Below, piece by piece: positions 1 to 11,789 of a DNA stretch of 64,000 nt. The number at the start of each line of letters is the position of its first letter. Within the stretch, counting starts at the first letter, position 1. Where the stretch lies: assembly GCA_030390025.1 (NCBI GenBank), contig CM059432.1, positions 109,370,001-109,434,000 on the forward strand, read 5' to 3'. The stretch comes from Squalus acanthias (Eukaryota). A program made the position numbers and the translations under genes. Under the pieces are notes generated by a model that searched no databases, had not been told where the DNA came from, and worked only from the letters and a program-made list of their open reading frames with translations.

Positions 1-570
1 TAGTTGGAGCTGCACTCATCCAGACAAGTGAAGAGTATTTCATCATATTCCTGACTTGTGCCTTGTAGATGGTGAAAAGGCTTTGGGGAGTCAGGAGGTG
101 AGTCACTCACCACAGAATACCCAGCCTCTGACCTATTCTTGTAGCCACAATATTTATGTGGTTGGTCCAGTTAAGTTTCTGGTCAATGGTGACTCCAGGA
201 TGTTGATGGTGGGGGATTTGATGATGGTAATATAATTCAATGTCAAGGGGAGGTGATTAGACTTTCTCTTGTTGGAGATAGTCATTGCCTGGCACTTGTG
301 TGGTGCGAATGTTACTTGCCACTTATCAGCCCAAACCTGAATGTCGTCCAAGTCTTGCTGCATGTGGGCACGGACTGCTTCATTATCTGAAGAATTGCGA
401 ATGGCACTGAACACTGTGCAATCATCAGCGAACATCCCCACTGCTGACCTTATGATGGAGGGAACATCATTGACGAAGCAGCTGAAGATGGTTGGGCCTA
501 GGGCACTGCCCTGAGGAACTCCTGCAGCGATGTCCTGGGGCTGAGATGATTGACCAACAACCACAACCAT
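1..570 (-). mobile_element. Non-LTR retrotransposon RT fragment, second CR1-group family (CR1/L2/Crack-like)
   Basis: ORF 154..570 has GVPQGSALGP and FADD RT motifs; same family as 11790-14617; runs off window start. Confidence 0.85.
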
Positions 571-779
571 CTGGTACTAGTTGGCGAAGAGCAGGGAGAT
601 CTCCCAATATCCTGGCCAACTAATGTTTGACTAGTTTAGCAGTAATTTGATGCCAAAGGCTGAGTTCCTCCGCATTAGTAAGTTGCAACCTGGGTGGGGA
701 AAGAAGCAACAGAACAATGGGAACCTGGGCGAAGAAAAAGGGGCAAAACCTTCAAACACAAGTGGACAGAACCTCAGCA

Positions 780-1110
780 ACTCAGAGCATGAAGTACTAT
801 ATAAAACACTTATGAAAATGAAGGGATGTGGCATTAAAGAGAATATAACTGACAGCTAGGGGACACAAAGGAACAATTAGGGATGAATGGATGTTTCTCG
901 GATTAGTAGGAGGTGGATCGTGATGTGTCCCAGAAATTGGTGCTCAGGTCTCTTTTCATGTTCCATTTATATAAATGATTTTGATATAGACACAAGTCGA
1001 ATGATATATAAGTTTGCTGATACCAAATTCGGGTTTTGAGGAAGCCTGCAGGAGGACATAGGTTAGCAGATTGAGCAGCTAGCTAGCAGATGCAGTTTGT
1101 AAGTAAACTA
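780..1110 (+). mobile_element. Old degenerate CR1 RT fragment
   Basis: Decayed matches to CR1 RT DNA (atttatataaatgattttgat, aagtttgctgataccaaa, ctagcagatgcagttt). Confidence 0.55.
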
Positions 1111-2135
1111 TGGGCATTCTGCACATGTTTATAGGAATGCTAGTCATCCTGAGAAAGCTAAGAGTTAGCATTTGCTTGTTGGGAAATCTTATACACAGAC
1201 GAAGGATTCATACATCCTAGTATCACTAGGTGTTTCCAATTAAGACTGATGTCAACTTCAACTAGAGTCTGAGCAAAACAGCTAACCAATAGACTGACAG
1301 GTAAGACTTGAGAAGCACCTTGAGCAACCCAATATCAGATGCCTCCCTTACTATGATTTCGGCCTTGGAGAAACAAAAAGGGGTGGAACACTGAATTGGA
1401 GTCCTACCCTCCTTCAAACTCATTAAAATCTGGCAATTACTATTTTTGACACTAGAATGTCCCATTGAATGACACCTTGGAGAGATCAATATAATTGAAT
1501 TGATCATCTTGGTTGGTCACATCTCAAAAAGCTGCCAGTTAGTTTAATATTTTCTTGAGTTTCGGGTTATTGGTTTTTAGTATAAGTCCAATGGATCAGC
1601 CTTTTTGTTTGACTTGATTTTATAGTGTAATCACCTCAACAAAATTACTCCAGTGGCAAATTAAAGTTGTTTATAATCACACTTAGCTAACTGTTGTGCC
1701 TAATTTATAGAGGGAGACTTTAGAGGAAGGGAAGGTGACAAATGCTGATGCACAAAGCAGAATATCCATTAGAACTGGCGAAGTCCTCCCTGCGGTGTAT
1801 ATATTGAAGAGGGTGCGGAGAGGAGCAACAAGAATGATCCCGAGTGTAAGGGGCATAGGCGAAGAGCAAAGATTGGAGAAGCTCGAAGTCTATAGTCTAG
1901 AGGGAAGGGATGCCTCATTGAAATGTACAAATTAAAACTGGTATAGTCAACGGACCACTTCCATCAGGCAGGAGGTAGGCAGAGTGAGCCCCACTGCCTG
2001 CCTGTTGGAAGCTATCGGAGGCCCGAACCATTTTCATGGTCGGGCCTACCTTGCATTCCATCAGCGAGTTGCTTTTTGAGTGGCCTGCAGATGTCCCTTT
2101 AAGGACTGTTGGTTAGGCCGCTTAACACCTAGTTC

Positions 2136-4916
2136 ATAAGAACATAAGAACATAAGAAATAGGAGCAGGAATAGGCCACTTGGCCCCTCGAGCCTGCTCT
2201 GCCATTCAATAAGATCATGGCTGATCTAGGGCTCAAAACCACTTCCCAGCCTGCTCCCCATAGCCCTTTACTCCCTTACTTGCAAAAATTTGTCTATCTC
2301 CACTTTAAATATATTTAATGACCCAGCCTCCACGGCTCTCTGGGGCAGAGAATTCCACAAATTTACGACCCTCTGAGAGAAGAAGTTCCTCCTCATCTCA
2401 GTTCTAAAAGGGCGACCCTTTATTCTGAGACTGTGCCCCCGAGTTCTAGATTTCCCCATGAGGGGAAACATCCTCTCTGCATCTACCCTGTCGAGCCCCC
2501 TCAGTATCTTATATGTTTCGATAAGATCACCTCTCATTCTTCTAAGTTCCAATGAGTATAGGCCCAACCTGCTCAACCTTTCCTCATAAGTCAACCCCCT
2601 CATCTCTGGAATTAACCTAGTGAATTGTCTCTGAACTGCCTCCAATGCAAGTATATCCTTCCTTAAATAAGGAGACCAAAACTGTATGCAGTACTCAAGG
2701 TGTGGTCTCCCCAATACCTTGTACAGTTGCAGCAGGACTTCCCTGCTTTTATACTCCAACCCCCTTGAAATAAAGTCCAACATTCCATTTGCCTTTTTGA
2801 TTACTTGCTGTACCTGCATGCTAACTTTTTGTGTTTCATGCACAAGGACCCCCAGGTCCCTCTGAACTGTAACATTTTGTAATCTCTCTCCATTTAAATA
2901 ATAGTTTGCTTTTTTATTTTTCCTGCCAAAGTGGATAACCTCGCACTTTCCCACATTATACTCCATCTGCCAAATGTTTGCCCACTCACCTAGCCTGTCT
3001 ATATCCCTTTGCAGATTCTTTGAGTCCACTGCAAAACTTGCTTTCCCACCCATCTTTGTATCATCCGCAAACTTGGTTACATTACACTCGGTCCCTTCAT
3101 CCAAGTCATTAATGTAGATTGTAAATAGTTGGGGCCCCAGCACCGATCCTTGTGGCACCCCACTAGTTACCATTTGCCAACCAGAAAATGACCCATTTAT
3201 CCCGACTCTCTGCTTTCTGTTAGTTAGCCAAATCTCTATCCATGCTAATATATTGCCCCCAACTCCGTGAGCTCTTATCTTATGCAATAACCTTTTATGT
3301 GGCACCTTATCGAATGCCTTCTGGAAATTCAAATACACCATATCCACTGGCTCACCCTTGTCCACCCTGCTTGTTACATCCTCAAAGAACTCCAGCAAAT
3401 TTGTTAAACATGATTTCCCTTTCCTAAAACCATGCTGACTCTGTTTGACTGCAGTATATTTTTCTAAATGCCCTGCTACTGCTTCCTTAATGAAGGACTC
3501 CAGCATTTTCCCAACGACAGATGTTAGGCTAACTGGTCTATAGTTTCCTGCTTTCTGTCTCCCTCCTTTCTTAAATAGGGGTGTTATATTAACGGTTTTC
3601 CAATCCGCTGGGACCTCTCCAGAGTCCAGGGAATTTTGGTATATTGCAACCAATGCATCCACTATCTCTGCAGCCACTTCTTTTAAGACCCTGGGATGCA
3701 GGCCATCTGGTCCAGGGGACTTGTCGTCTTTTAGTCCCATTATTTTACTGAGTACTATTTCCTTAGTGATAGTGATTGTCTTTAATTCTCCACTCCCTGT
3801 GGCCCCTTGATTATCCATTATTGGGATGTTGTTAGTGTCTTCTACAGTGAAGACAGATGCAAAATATTTGTTCAGAGTCTCTGCCATTTCCCAGTTCCCC
3901 ATTATTAATTCCCCAGTCTCATCCTCTAAGGGACCAATGTTTACTTTAGCTACCCTCTTCCTTTTTATATACCTGTAGAAGCTCTTACTATCTGTTTTAA
4001 TGTTTCTTGCCAGCTTACTCTCATAATTCATCTTCTCTCTCTTTATTATTTTTTTAGTCATCCTTTGCTGGTTTTTAAAAATTTCCCAATCCTCTGGTCT
4101 CCCACCAATCTTGGCAACATTGTATGCCTTCGTTTTCAATTTGATACCATCCTTTACTTCCTTAGTTAGCCACGGATGGTGTTCCCTTCTCTTAAAATCT
4201 TTCTTTCTCACTGGAATATATTTTTGTTGAGAGTTATGAAATATCTCCTTAAATGTCCGCCACTGCATTTCAACTTTCTTACCCTTTAATTTGTTTTTCC
4301 AGTCAACTTTAGCCAGTTCTGCCCTCATGCCATTATAATTGCCTTTGTTTAAGATAAGGCCCTTGATTCCAACTGAATTTGAAATTCAACCATGCTATGA
4401 TCACTCTTTCCTAGAGGATCCTTTACTATGAGATCATTTATTAATTCTGTCTCATTACATAGTACCAGATCCAAGATAGCCTGCTCCCTGGTTGGTTCCA
4501 TTACATACTGTTCTAGGAAAACATCCCGGATACACTCTATGAACTCCTCCTCCAGGCTACCATGGCCAATTTGATTTGTCCAATCAATATGGAGATTAAA
4601 ATCACCCATGATTATTACCGTACCTTTTTTACAGGCCTCCGTTATTTGTTGATTTATACTCCGTCCAACAGCATTGCTACTGTTCGGGGGCCTGTAGACT
4701 ACGCCCACCAGAGACTTTCTCCCCTTATTTTTTATCTCCACCCAAAGCGATTCTACATCTTGATCTTCTGAGCCAATATCACTTCTCACCACTGCACTGA
4801 TCCCATCTTTTACCAACAAAGCCACCCCACCTCCCTTTCATTTCTTTCTATCCTTCCGAATTATCATATACCCTGGAATATTCAGTTCCCAGCCCTGGTC
4901 ACCTTGCAACCATGTC
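2136..4916 (-). mobile_element. CR1 LINE, 5'-truncated, APE+RT ORF2 with frameshift near 4340
   Basis: ORF 2268..4328 (686 aa, PQGSVLGP, FADD) and 4349..4825 (APE: YRPP, GDFN, LDL, SDH); (CATAAGAA)n tail at 2136. Confidence 0.95.
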
Positions 4917-5721
4917 GTAGGACCTTGGTTTGCTTGGGCGAATGGAGCTCCTGCCTGTTTCTGGCGGGGCCGCCATTTCAAGGGCCCCACCAAAATGGTG
5001 GAGACTTGGATGTCGATGGGAAGGATTTTCATTGCACTACCACACCATACCTGCCCGATGGATGGGGTGAAAATCAGCACCATGGTGAATGCAGAATATT
5101 ACGTCAAGGTAAGTCCGTTCAATAAGACTAAATATTCAAAGACACTGGTGCGTAACTTCAGCACACCCAGTGGGAGCCACACTCAAAGGAAGCGTGAGTC
5201 AGGGATAGGGCTACAAAACTGTAGTGCCGATTCTCCAGCCAGTGCTCCCTTCAAGAGTACTTCCTGCTGGGAGTTTGGGAATGCTCAGTTGACCCAGAAG
5301 GATCAGCCTGCTGGTCCTGCTTTGCACCACTTCAAGGGCCTGGATGTTAGCTTTGTGTTTCAGTGACCAGAACTGAATGCAGTACTCAAGGGGCAGTCTG
5401 ACCAGAGCACTGTACTGTTTCCGCTTAATGGCCTCAGACTTATACTCTACTGATTTGGCTATATAGCCCAACATTCAGTTTGCTTGTTAATTACTGCTCT
5501 GCAATGACTAGACAGATTGCTTTGAGCCTCTCCTCTAGCGCGTTCAATACCGTTCATTAGGTCTGTCTTTCATTCTTTATTCCAGTGTATAAAACCTTCC
5601 ATTCACTATATTGAGCTTCACCTGCTATAATTCTGCCATTTGCAAGTAATCTTGGCTGTCCTCTCCTTACAGTTTCGTATCATCTGCATATCTGACCTTC
5701 TTGTGTAGTGTTTCTAAATGC

Positions 5722-6345
5722 AAGAAAGAAAGACTTGCATTTATATAGCACCTTTCATGACCTCAGGATGTCTCAAATTGCTTTGCAGCCAATTAAATAT
5801 TTTTGAAGTGTAGTCACTGTTGCAATGTAGGCAATGCGGCAGCCAATTTTTGGACAGCAAGCTCCCACTTACAGCAATGTGATAAATACCAGATAATCTG
5901 TTTTAGTGATGTTGGTTGAGGGATAAATTTTGGCCAGGACACTGGGGAGAACTTTCCTGCTCTTCTTCAAATAGTGCCATGGAATCTTTTACATCTACCT
6001 GAGAGGGCAGACGGAGTTTCAGTTTAACGTCTCATCTGAAAGACAGCACCTCCAGCAGTGCAGCACTCTCTCAGTACCAATGTTCCCTCTGATTTATTTT
6101 TGGATGCACAGCCCCTTAAACAGGCTGCACGGCCCATTCAAATTTCTGTACATGTGCGGTTTTTCCATTCAAAAGCCGTTGACCGCCTGCACAGGACCTC
6201 CAGACTGCTGCGCGGCCGTGCGGTTTAACGGGAATATTGCTCAGTACTGTACCGGAGTGTCAGCCTAGGTTATGTGCTCAAGTCTCTGGAGTGGGGCTTG
6301 AACCCACAACTCCCTGGCTCAGAGGCAAAAGTGCTACCACTGAGC
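5722..6345 (-). mobile_element. tRNA-headed SINE with Deu-like core and L2-type tail (SacSINE1/DeuSINE-like)
   Basis: Minus strand: A box GGCTCAGTGG, B box GGTTCAAGCC, core ...GAAGAAGAGCAGG..., tail TATATAAATGCAAGTCTTTCTTT; family recognised from memory. Confidence 0.85.
6078..6239. mobile_element. 162-bp hAT-type MITE inserted in the SINE
   Basis: TIR CAATGTTCCC / GGGAATATTG; perfect 8-bp TSD CTCAGTAC (6070-6077, 6240-6247). Confidence 0.85.
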
Positions 6346-8089
6346 CCCACATGCAGCTTGTTTATGTTGATCAGAAAGAGTAAGGGCCCCAATACTAATC
6401 CCTGGAGCACTCAATCCAATACATCTCCCCAGTCCAACATTACTTTCCTAAATAGTATCTGCTGCTTCCTGTCTTTCAGCCAATGCCTTAACAAACCCGA
6501 AGTCCCACGAAGTGTTCCTTTTGTCTTAAGCTTCTGGAGCAATCATTCATGTTGAACTTTATTCGAGGCTTTCTAGAAGTCCACGTACACGACATCATAG
6601 GGCTTTCCAATGTCCATTTGCAATATCACTTCCACAAAAGAAAAGTCAGAGGCTGAGATTGCTCGGGCAGGATCTGCCTCTTGTAAATACCAATACGAAA
6701 CATTTGCATATCCTCAAGTTTGTTCCTAATAATCCTATTATTTTGCCATTTATTAATGTAAGGCTAATGGGTCCGTAGTTAGCTAGGTTTTTTTTCGAAA
6801 AGAGGTTTCCCTTTGCCTAGTTTCCTATCCAGTGGGACCTCCCCTCTGTTCATTGACCTCCTTGTGATGACTGTCAGCTCTATGTAGATTTGTGCATATA
6901 TCTCACTTATCTCCCTAGGTATCCACAGTATGTCCTTGAGGACTTATTGGTTTTGAGCCCTTTCAACATGTCTATGATCTCCATGTGATGTCTTATATAT
7001 TACACTGCCCAGTTGAGATTCTGTTGCTGCTGCACTTTCATTGGGACATTCCCAGTTTATAGTGAGCGGGTTTATAGTGAGTCACCCATGATTATGTTCT
7101 TAATTGTACATATCCTGCTCTCATCAGTGAGTAGATTTTACGAGTTAACAATTTTAGTGCAGAGCTTTGTACGTGAGATTGCATATCCAGACTTCAGGCA
7201 TAGAGGGCCCTTTGCCATGTATGATTTTTTTCCACCAGTCCATTAAAATCAATGGATGAAAAAACACTCAACACGCGTTCCCACTTCACGAAGCTCTGTG
7301 CCATGGGTGCTGATTCACTAAATCTATCCTCATATAAGATGCCATTTTTCACTACCTGCTCTGGAGGACTGTGGCAACCCTCAATTGTTATCCTTGTCCT
7401 CTTCAATCAGATCAGCCATGATGTAATTGAATCGCGGAACAGGCTCGAGGAGCTGAATGGCCCACTCCTGTTCCTATGTTCCTATGCTCCCCTTCCTGCT
7501 TTTTTTTAACCCTAGTCAGACTGCATCATTTGCCCAATCCTTTCCCCGAGATAGAGGGGTTGAATTTCCTCTCCCCTACCTGTCTGATCATAAGGAACCT
7601 GGGACTAAAAATTCGGGGGATTAATGCCACCTGTTACCGGCAAAAAATGGCGCAAAGAGGGCGGCCGCCGCTCTTTCGCCAACTGGTGGCGGGTCCCGTG
7701 GTGTCCTCCATTTTCAAATGCCTGGTAGCGCTGCCGTTATGCAGTATCACCCTGCAAAGAAAAATAACGGCGTGGTGACATCAGTCGGCGTACAACGCCA
7801 ATTTAACTTCACCACGGCCAACTTCGACCCTAGTGCTGAGTTCAGCGCTGGGTCTTAAGCACACCAGGTAAACCCAGCGTGCAAGCAGATTCACAGAGGC
7901 GCTGACAGCACCTCTTAAAGGGACACACACATCTTGCAGGTAAGTTTGCATTTAAGCTTTTGGACTGGTTTTTTTCTGATTTTGCTAAAGTAGTGGCTTG
8001 CTGCAATAGATGTTAAAAGTTTTTTAAGTTGTAGGGGGAGTGCTGCTGGATGCTTGCAAGGCCTTGGATGGTAAAGGAAGTCCTCTGAG

Positions 8090-8232
8090 AAGACAGAAAA
8101 TGCTTCAAATACTCTGCAGGTCAGCAGCATCTGTTGGGAGACAAACAGAGTTCACGTCTTAGGTTGAGATGCTGTCTGACCTGCTGAATATTTCCAACAT
8201 TTTATGCTGTCATTTCAGATTTACAGCATCCG
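8090..8232. mobile_element. Degenerate Penelope-type terminal inverted-repeat remnant
   Basis: cagaaaatgcttcaaatactctgcaggtcagcagcatc ... gatgctgtctgacctgctgaatatttccaacatttt form an imperfect hairpin. Confidence 0.6.
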
Positions 8233-8732
8233 CTTGCAGGGGGAAAAGGAAGACGCAGAAGAGGAAAAAACAGAAGAGGAAGAAGCGGAAGGAAGGATGC
8301 AACCCAGACAGCCCCTTTCTGGCCGGGATATCCGGGATGGAATCATCTGCCTGCGGTACCAGTGACCACAACCCCAATTCCCCTTTCAACATTTGTCCCA
8401 CACCTTACCTTCTCTCTGTTACTGACCATCACAGTGTCCTCTTGGCTATGATGCTGAAATAAAAGCCACCACAAAGAAAACTTACAATCCAACTTTATAC
8501 ACCTATCCATCCAATATGACATCAATAAATCAACTCATCACCCTTATGCATTCCCTTAGTGACTGTCTTGTGTGTGCCTTTGCCTATCCTACTGATGTCA
8601 CTCAGCGATACCCCAGTGGCTGCAGCATGACTGGTAGAAGGCTGCTGACTTTCAGTGGGGGACACTGCAAATAGCCTTGCTGTTCGACTTTGAGGAGCTG
8701 GTGGCTGGGAGTGTGAAATCAAGTGATGGTGT

Positions 8733-8823
8733 TTCTTCTTCTTCTTCTTCTTCTTCTTCTTCTTCTTCTTCTTCTTCTTCTTCTTCTTCTTCTTCTTCTT
8801 CTTCTTCTTCTTCTTCTTCTTCT
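8733..8823. repeat. (TTC)n microsatellite, ~30 units
   Basis: Pure TTC run. Confidence 0.98.
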
Positions 8824-9971
8824 TTCTCCTCTCCCTCTTCTTGGCCAATCACTGGCTGGGCAGTGAAATGATGAAGGCACAAGGGTGGAGTTGTGGTGAG
8901 GGGAGGGCCGGAAAGCAAGAGGTGCATGCCAGAAGGAGGATAATGTATGAGAATAGCAGCATCTTGTATCCTTTCTGCCCCGCCGCTGGCCAAGGGCTCA
9001 GCCATGTCCCTGCCAAGAATGGTCAGCAATGTCTCCTCCAAGGGGGTGAGGTGAAGCTAGGAATGGGAGATGTGTTTTGTGATTGGTACAGATTGTTGGT
9101 AGGTGAGTGATTGGTAGGGGAAGTCGTGCATTGAGCAGTGTGTGAGGCTAGTGATTCAGTTGACAGGAGACGGCTTTTGAAGATACATTCACTTACCTTG
9201 ACCAGTGGTCTGAGATCATGAAGCTTCTTTGGGCACTGGAGCCAGGTGGTGGGGGTGACACTGCTGGCAGTGATGGCCTTGGTGATCTGGTCCTACATCA
9301 TTCTTTCTTGAGGGCCTCCTGGCCCCCTGTGAGTAGAGGACCTCTCTTGCCGTGTTGACCCTCTACACAAAGCTGGAGTGCTATGTGCGGGACCCTGGGT
9401 GCCCCTTCCCTGGCTTGCTGAGCCATTTGTGTTAGTGCTGAAGCACCTTGCCCATTTTTGGAGGATTGGAAAGGAATTCAGCTTTAAGAGCTGAAGACTC
9501 CCATTTGGGACTTCTTTTTAATGTTAATTTTTTTTTAAAAGGCAGTAAGGGCTGAAAACTGCATTTTTTCACTTCATTTTAATTTTTATTAGTTCTGAAC
9601 ACATTGCCCCTTTAATTCATAGCTCTTTTAATTTCCCACAATGCTTTGCGAACTCCACAGCCTCGCTCCCAGAGGCTGTTGGAAGCAGGAACGCCGCTTC
9701 AGAACGGGAACTTCGATTTCCAGGCCTGCACTATCGCCACCAGGAAGGCGTTACACAGTAAGTTAGTGCTGGCCTAAAAATCTTTCGCTCCCAGTGTGAA
9801 TTTTTCTCCTGTAGCGCTGCGTCCATTTTCAGCGGCTGTTAACCTGAATTGCCGCTGACACCGACAACTCTGGTGGTGGCCACGAATTTTTCTCCGCTGA
9901 ACTTACCTGTGCTTGTGGACAAAAATGAGAAATCGCACAACACCAGGTTATAGTCCAACAGATTTATTTAA

Positions 9972-10013
9972 AATTACAAGCTTTCGGAGCTATCCTGCCC
10001 CTTCTTCAGGTAA
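9972..10013 (-). ncRNA. Minimal type I hammerhead ribozyme motif in Penelope pLTR
   Basis: Minus strand TTAC-CTGAAGA-A-GGGGC-AGGATA-GCTCC-GAAA-GCTT-GTAA. Confidence 0.7.
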
Positions 10014-10282
10014 AGTTACACTGAGTGAATCTACAAAAGTTCACAGAATATAAACACAGATACTACAGAGATACAATCTTTCCTTACATCAAAGACACAC
10101 CAAGAGCACAGCCAAGACAATGAGATGTGTCCCAGGGGGTCCAACGTGTCAAATCCTGCTGTCTGTAGCAGATCTCTCTCCATATCCCTTCCTCTCTCTC
10201 CGTCCTTTTTGGGGTTTGTTTTTTGTGTTTGTTTTTTTGTGTTTGTTTTTTAAAAACTGGAAAGACAGACAACGATGTCAAG

Positions 10283-10813
10283 TCACGTTCTGTAGCGTGA
10301 CATGAACCCGATATCCCTATTGAGGCCGTCCTCATGAGTGCGGAACTTGGCTATCAGTTTCTGCTCGATGATTTTGCGTTGTCGTGTGTCTCGAAGGCCG
10401 CCTTGGAGAACGCTAACCCGCAGATCCGAGGCTGAATGCCCTTGACTGCTGAAGTGTTCCCCGACTAGGAGGCAACTATCCTGCCTGGCGATTGTTCCGC
10501 GGTGTCTGTTCATACGTTGTCTCAGTGTCTGCATGGTCTCGCCGATGTACCATGCTCTGGGGCATCCTTTCCTGCAACGTATCAGGTAGACAACGTTGGC
10601 CGAGTCACATGAGTATGTACCATGTACCTGGTGGGTAGTGTCCTCACGTGTGATGACAGTATCTGTGTTCATGATCTGGCATGTCTTGCAGAGGTTGCCG
10701 TGGCAAGGTTGTGTGGTGTCGTGGTCGCTGTTCTCCTGACAGCTGGGTAATTTGCTGCGGACGATGGTACTTTTGAGGTTAGGCGGCTGCTTGAAGGCGA
10801 GTAGTGGAGGCAT
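10283..10813 (-). CDS. GIY-YIG endonuclease domain of the Penelope ORF (partial)
   Basis: ANVVYLIRC..C...YIGETMQTLRQRM..H, EQKLI..F, GLN motifs. Confidence 0.85.
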   Translation of the reverse strand: MPPLLAFKQPPNLKSTIVRSKLPSCQENSDHDTTQPCHGNLCKTCQIMNTDTVITREDTTHQVHGTYSCDSANVVYLIRCRKGCPRAWYIGETMQTLRQRMNRHRGTIARQDSCLLVGEHFSSQGHSASDLRVSVLQGGLRDTRQRKIIEQKLIAKFRTHEDGLNRDIGFMSRYRT

Positions 10814-11339
10814 GGGGATGGCCTTAGCAAGGTGTTCGTCGTCATCGATGACATGTTGAAGGCTGCGAAGAACATGGCGTAGTTTCTCCGCTCCGGGGAA
10901 GTACTGGACGACGTAGGGTACTCCGTTGGTTGTGTCCCGTGTTCGCCTTCTGAGGAGGTCTATGCGGTTTTTCGCTGTGGCCCGTCGGAACTGTCGATCG
11001 ACGAGTCTTGTGCTTGTGGGTTCAGGTCACTGTTATGGTTCCAATTTTTGTCTGGTACAAGAACAGTCCTTGGAAGGGGCTTGCACCCAAAAGTGCAGGA
11101 TGAAAGTCAACCACGGAGCATCACACATCTCATGCAGATCAAAGATTGGGAGTTTCCCCACATCCCACACAGATCAAAGAATGGGAATTTTCCACATTCC
11201 ATGAAGATCGAAGATTGTGATTTCCCCACATCCCACAGATTTACTGGGAAAAAAGCATGCCCATGATCCAGAAACAACCTGAAAACTTGGAGTACTAAAA
11301 GTCATGATACAGGAGATCAAAATGACTTTTGAGCAGTTG

Positions 11340-11717
11340 TTTATCAGACTAGATGGAAGTATACAATGGTGTCCCCTAGGGTTCAGTAGTAGGGCCACTG
11401 CTCTTTTTGATATATATTAATGACCTGCACTTAGGTATGGGGACAGAATTTCAAAGTTTGCAAATGACACAAAATCTGCAAATGCACTAAACAGTGAGGA
11501 TGATAGTAGAAGACTTCAGGAAGATATAGACAGGCTGATGACATGGGCAGACACATGGCAGATAAAATTTAATGCGGAGAAGTATGAAGAGATGCATTTT
11601 GGAAGGAAGAATGGGGAGAGGCAATATACACCCAATGGGACAATTTTACAGGGGGCGCAGGATAAGGCTGTTTAAAAAAAAGCAGACAGGTCCCTGGGCT
11701 TTATAAATAGAGGAATA
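11340..11717 (+). mobile_element. CR1 RT fragment, left part (continues at 27120)
   Basis: gtcccctagggttcagtagtagggccactg, aagtttgcaaatgacacaaa; breaks at NRGI|EYK codons. Confidence 0.8.
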
Positions 11718-11789
11718 GGACTGGATTTTAATGTGCAGGAGCACATGGGTTTGGGAGTGGGTGGGGGGCTTAAAACCGGCAACATATTT

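Larger units (their letters stand above)
5315..6990 (-). mobile_element. Old CR1 RT fragment interrupted by a SINE
   Basis: ORF 5211..5474 has LEYCIQFWS; decayed RT-like DNA continues 6345-6990. Confidence 0.65.
7602..9896. mobile_element. Old internally deleted Harbinger element (transposase C-terminus +, Myb-gene remnants -)
   Basis: Ends GGACTAAAAATTCG / CGAATTTTTCTCCG, TSD CTG; 8236-8366 acidic tail ..RDIRDGIICLRYQ*; minus-strand QQPSTSHAAAT and QCPKKLHDL..VK|gtaagt resemble the young Myb gene. Confidence 0.75.
9919..11008 (-). mobile_element. Penelope-like element, 5'-truncated (RT C-terminus, GIY-YIG endonuclease, pLTR)
   Basis: ORF 10283..10813 with VVY...YIGET, CxxC and HF motifs; 11-bp TSD TGTGCTTGTGG (9908-9918, 11009-11019). 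Confidence 0.9.

Noticed and set aside
1955..5080. MITE split by the 2136-4916 CR1
   Set aside because: GC-rich flanks look Harbinger-like but I could not define both TIRs or a TSD.
5090..5115. Host exon ending CAAG|GTAAGT
   Set aside because: No credible acceptor or recognisable peptide; isolated motif.
6275..6345. tRNA gene
   Set aside because: A and B boxes belong to the SINE head; no complete cloverleaf evident.
8522..8871. Poly-Lys and poly-Ser ORFs
   Set aside because: Readings of the (TTC)n microsatellite.
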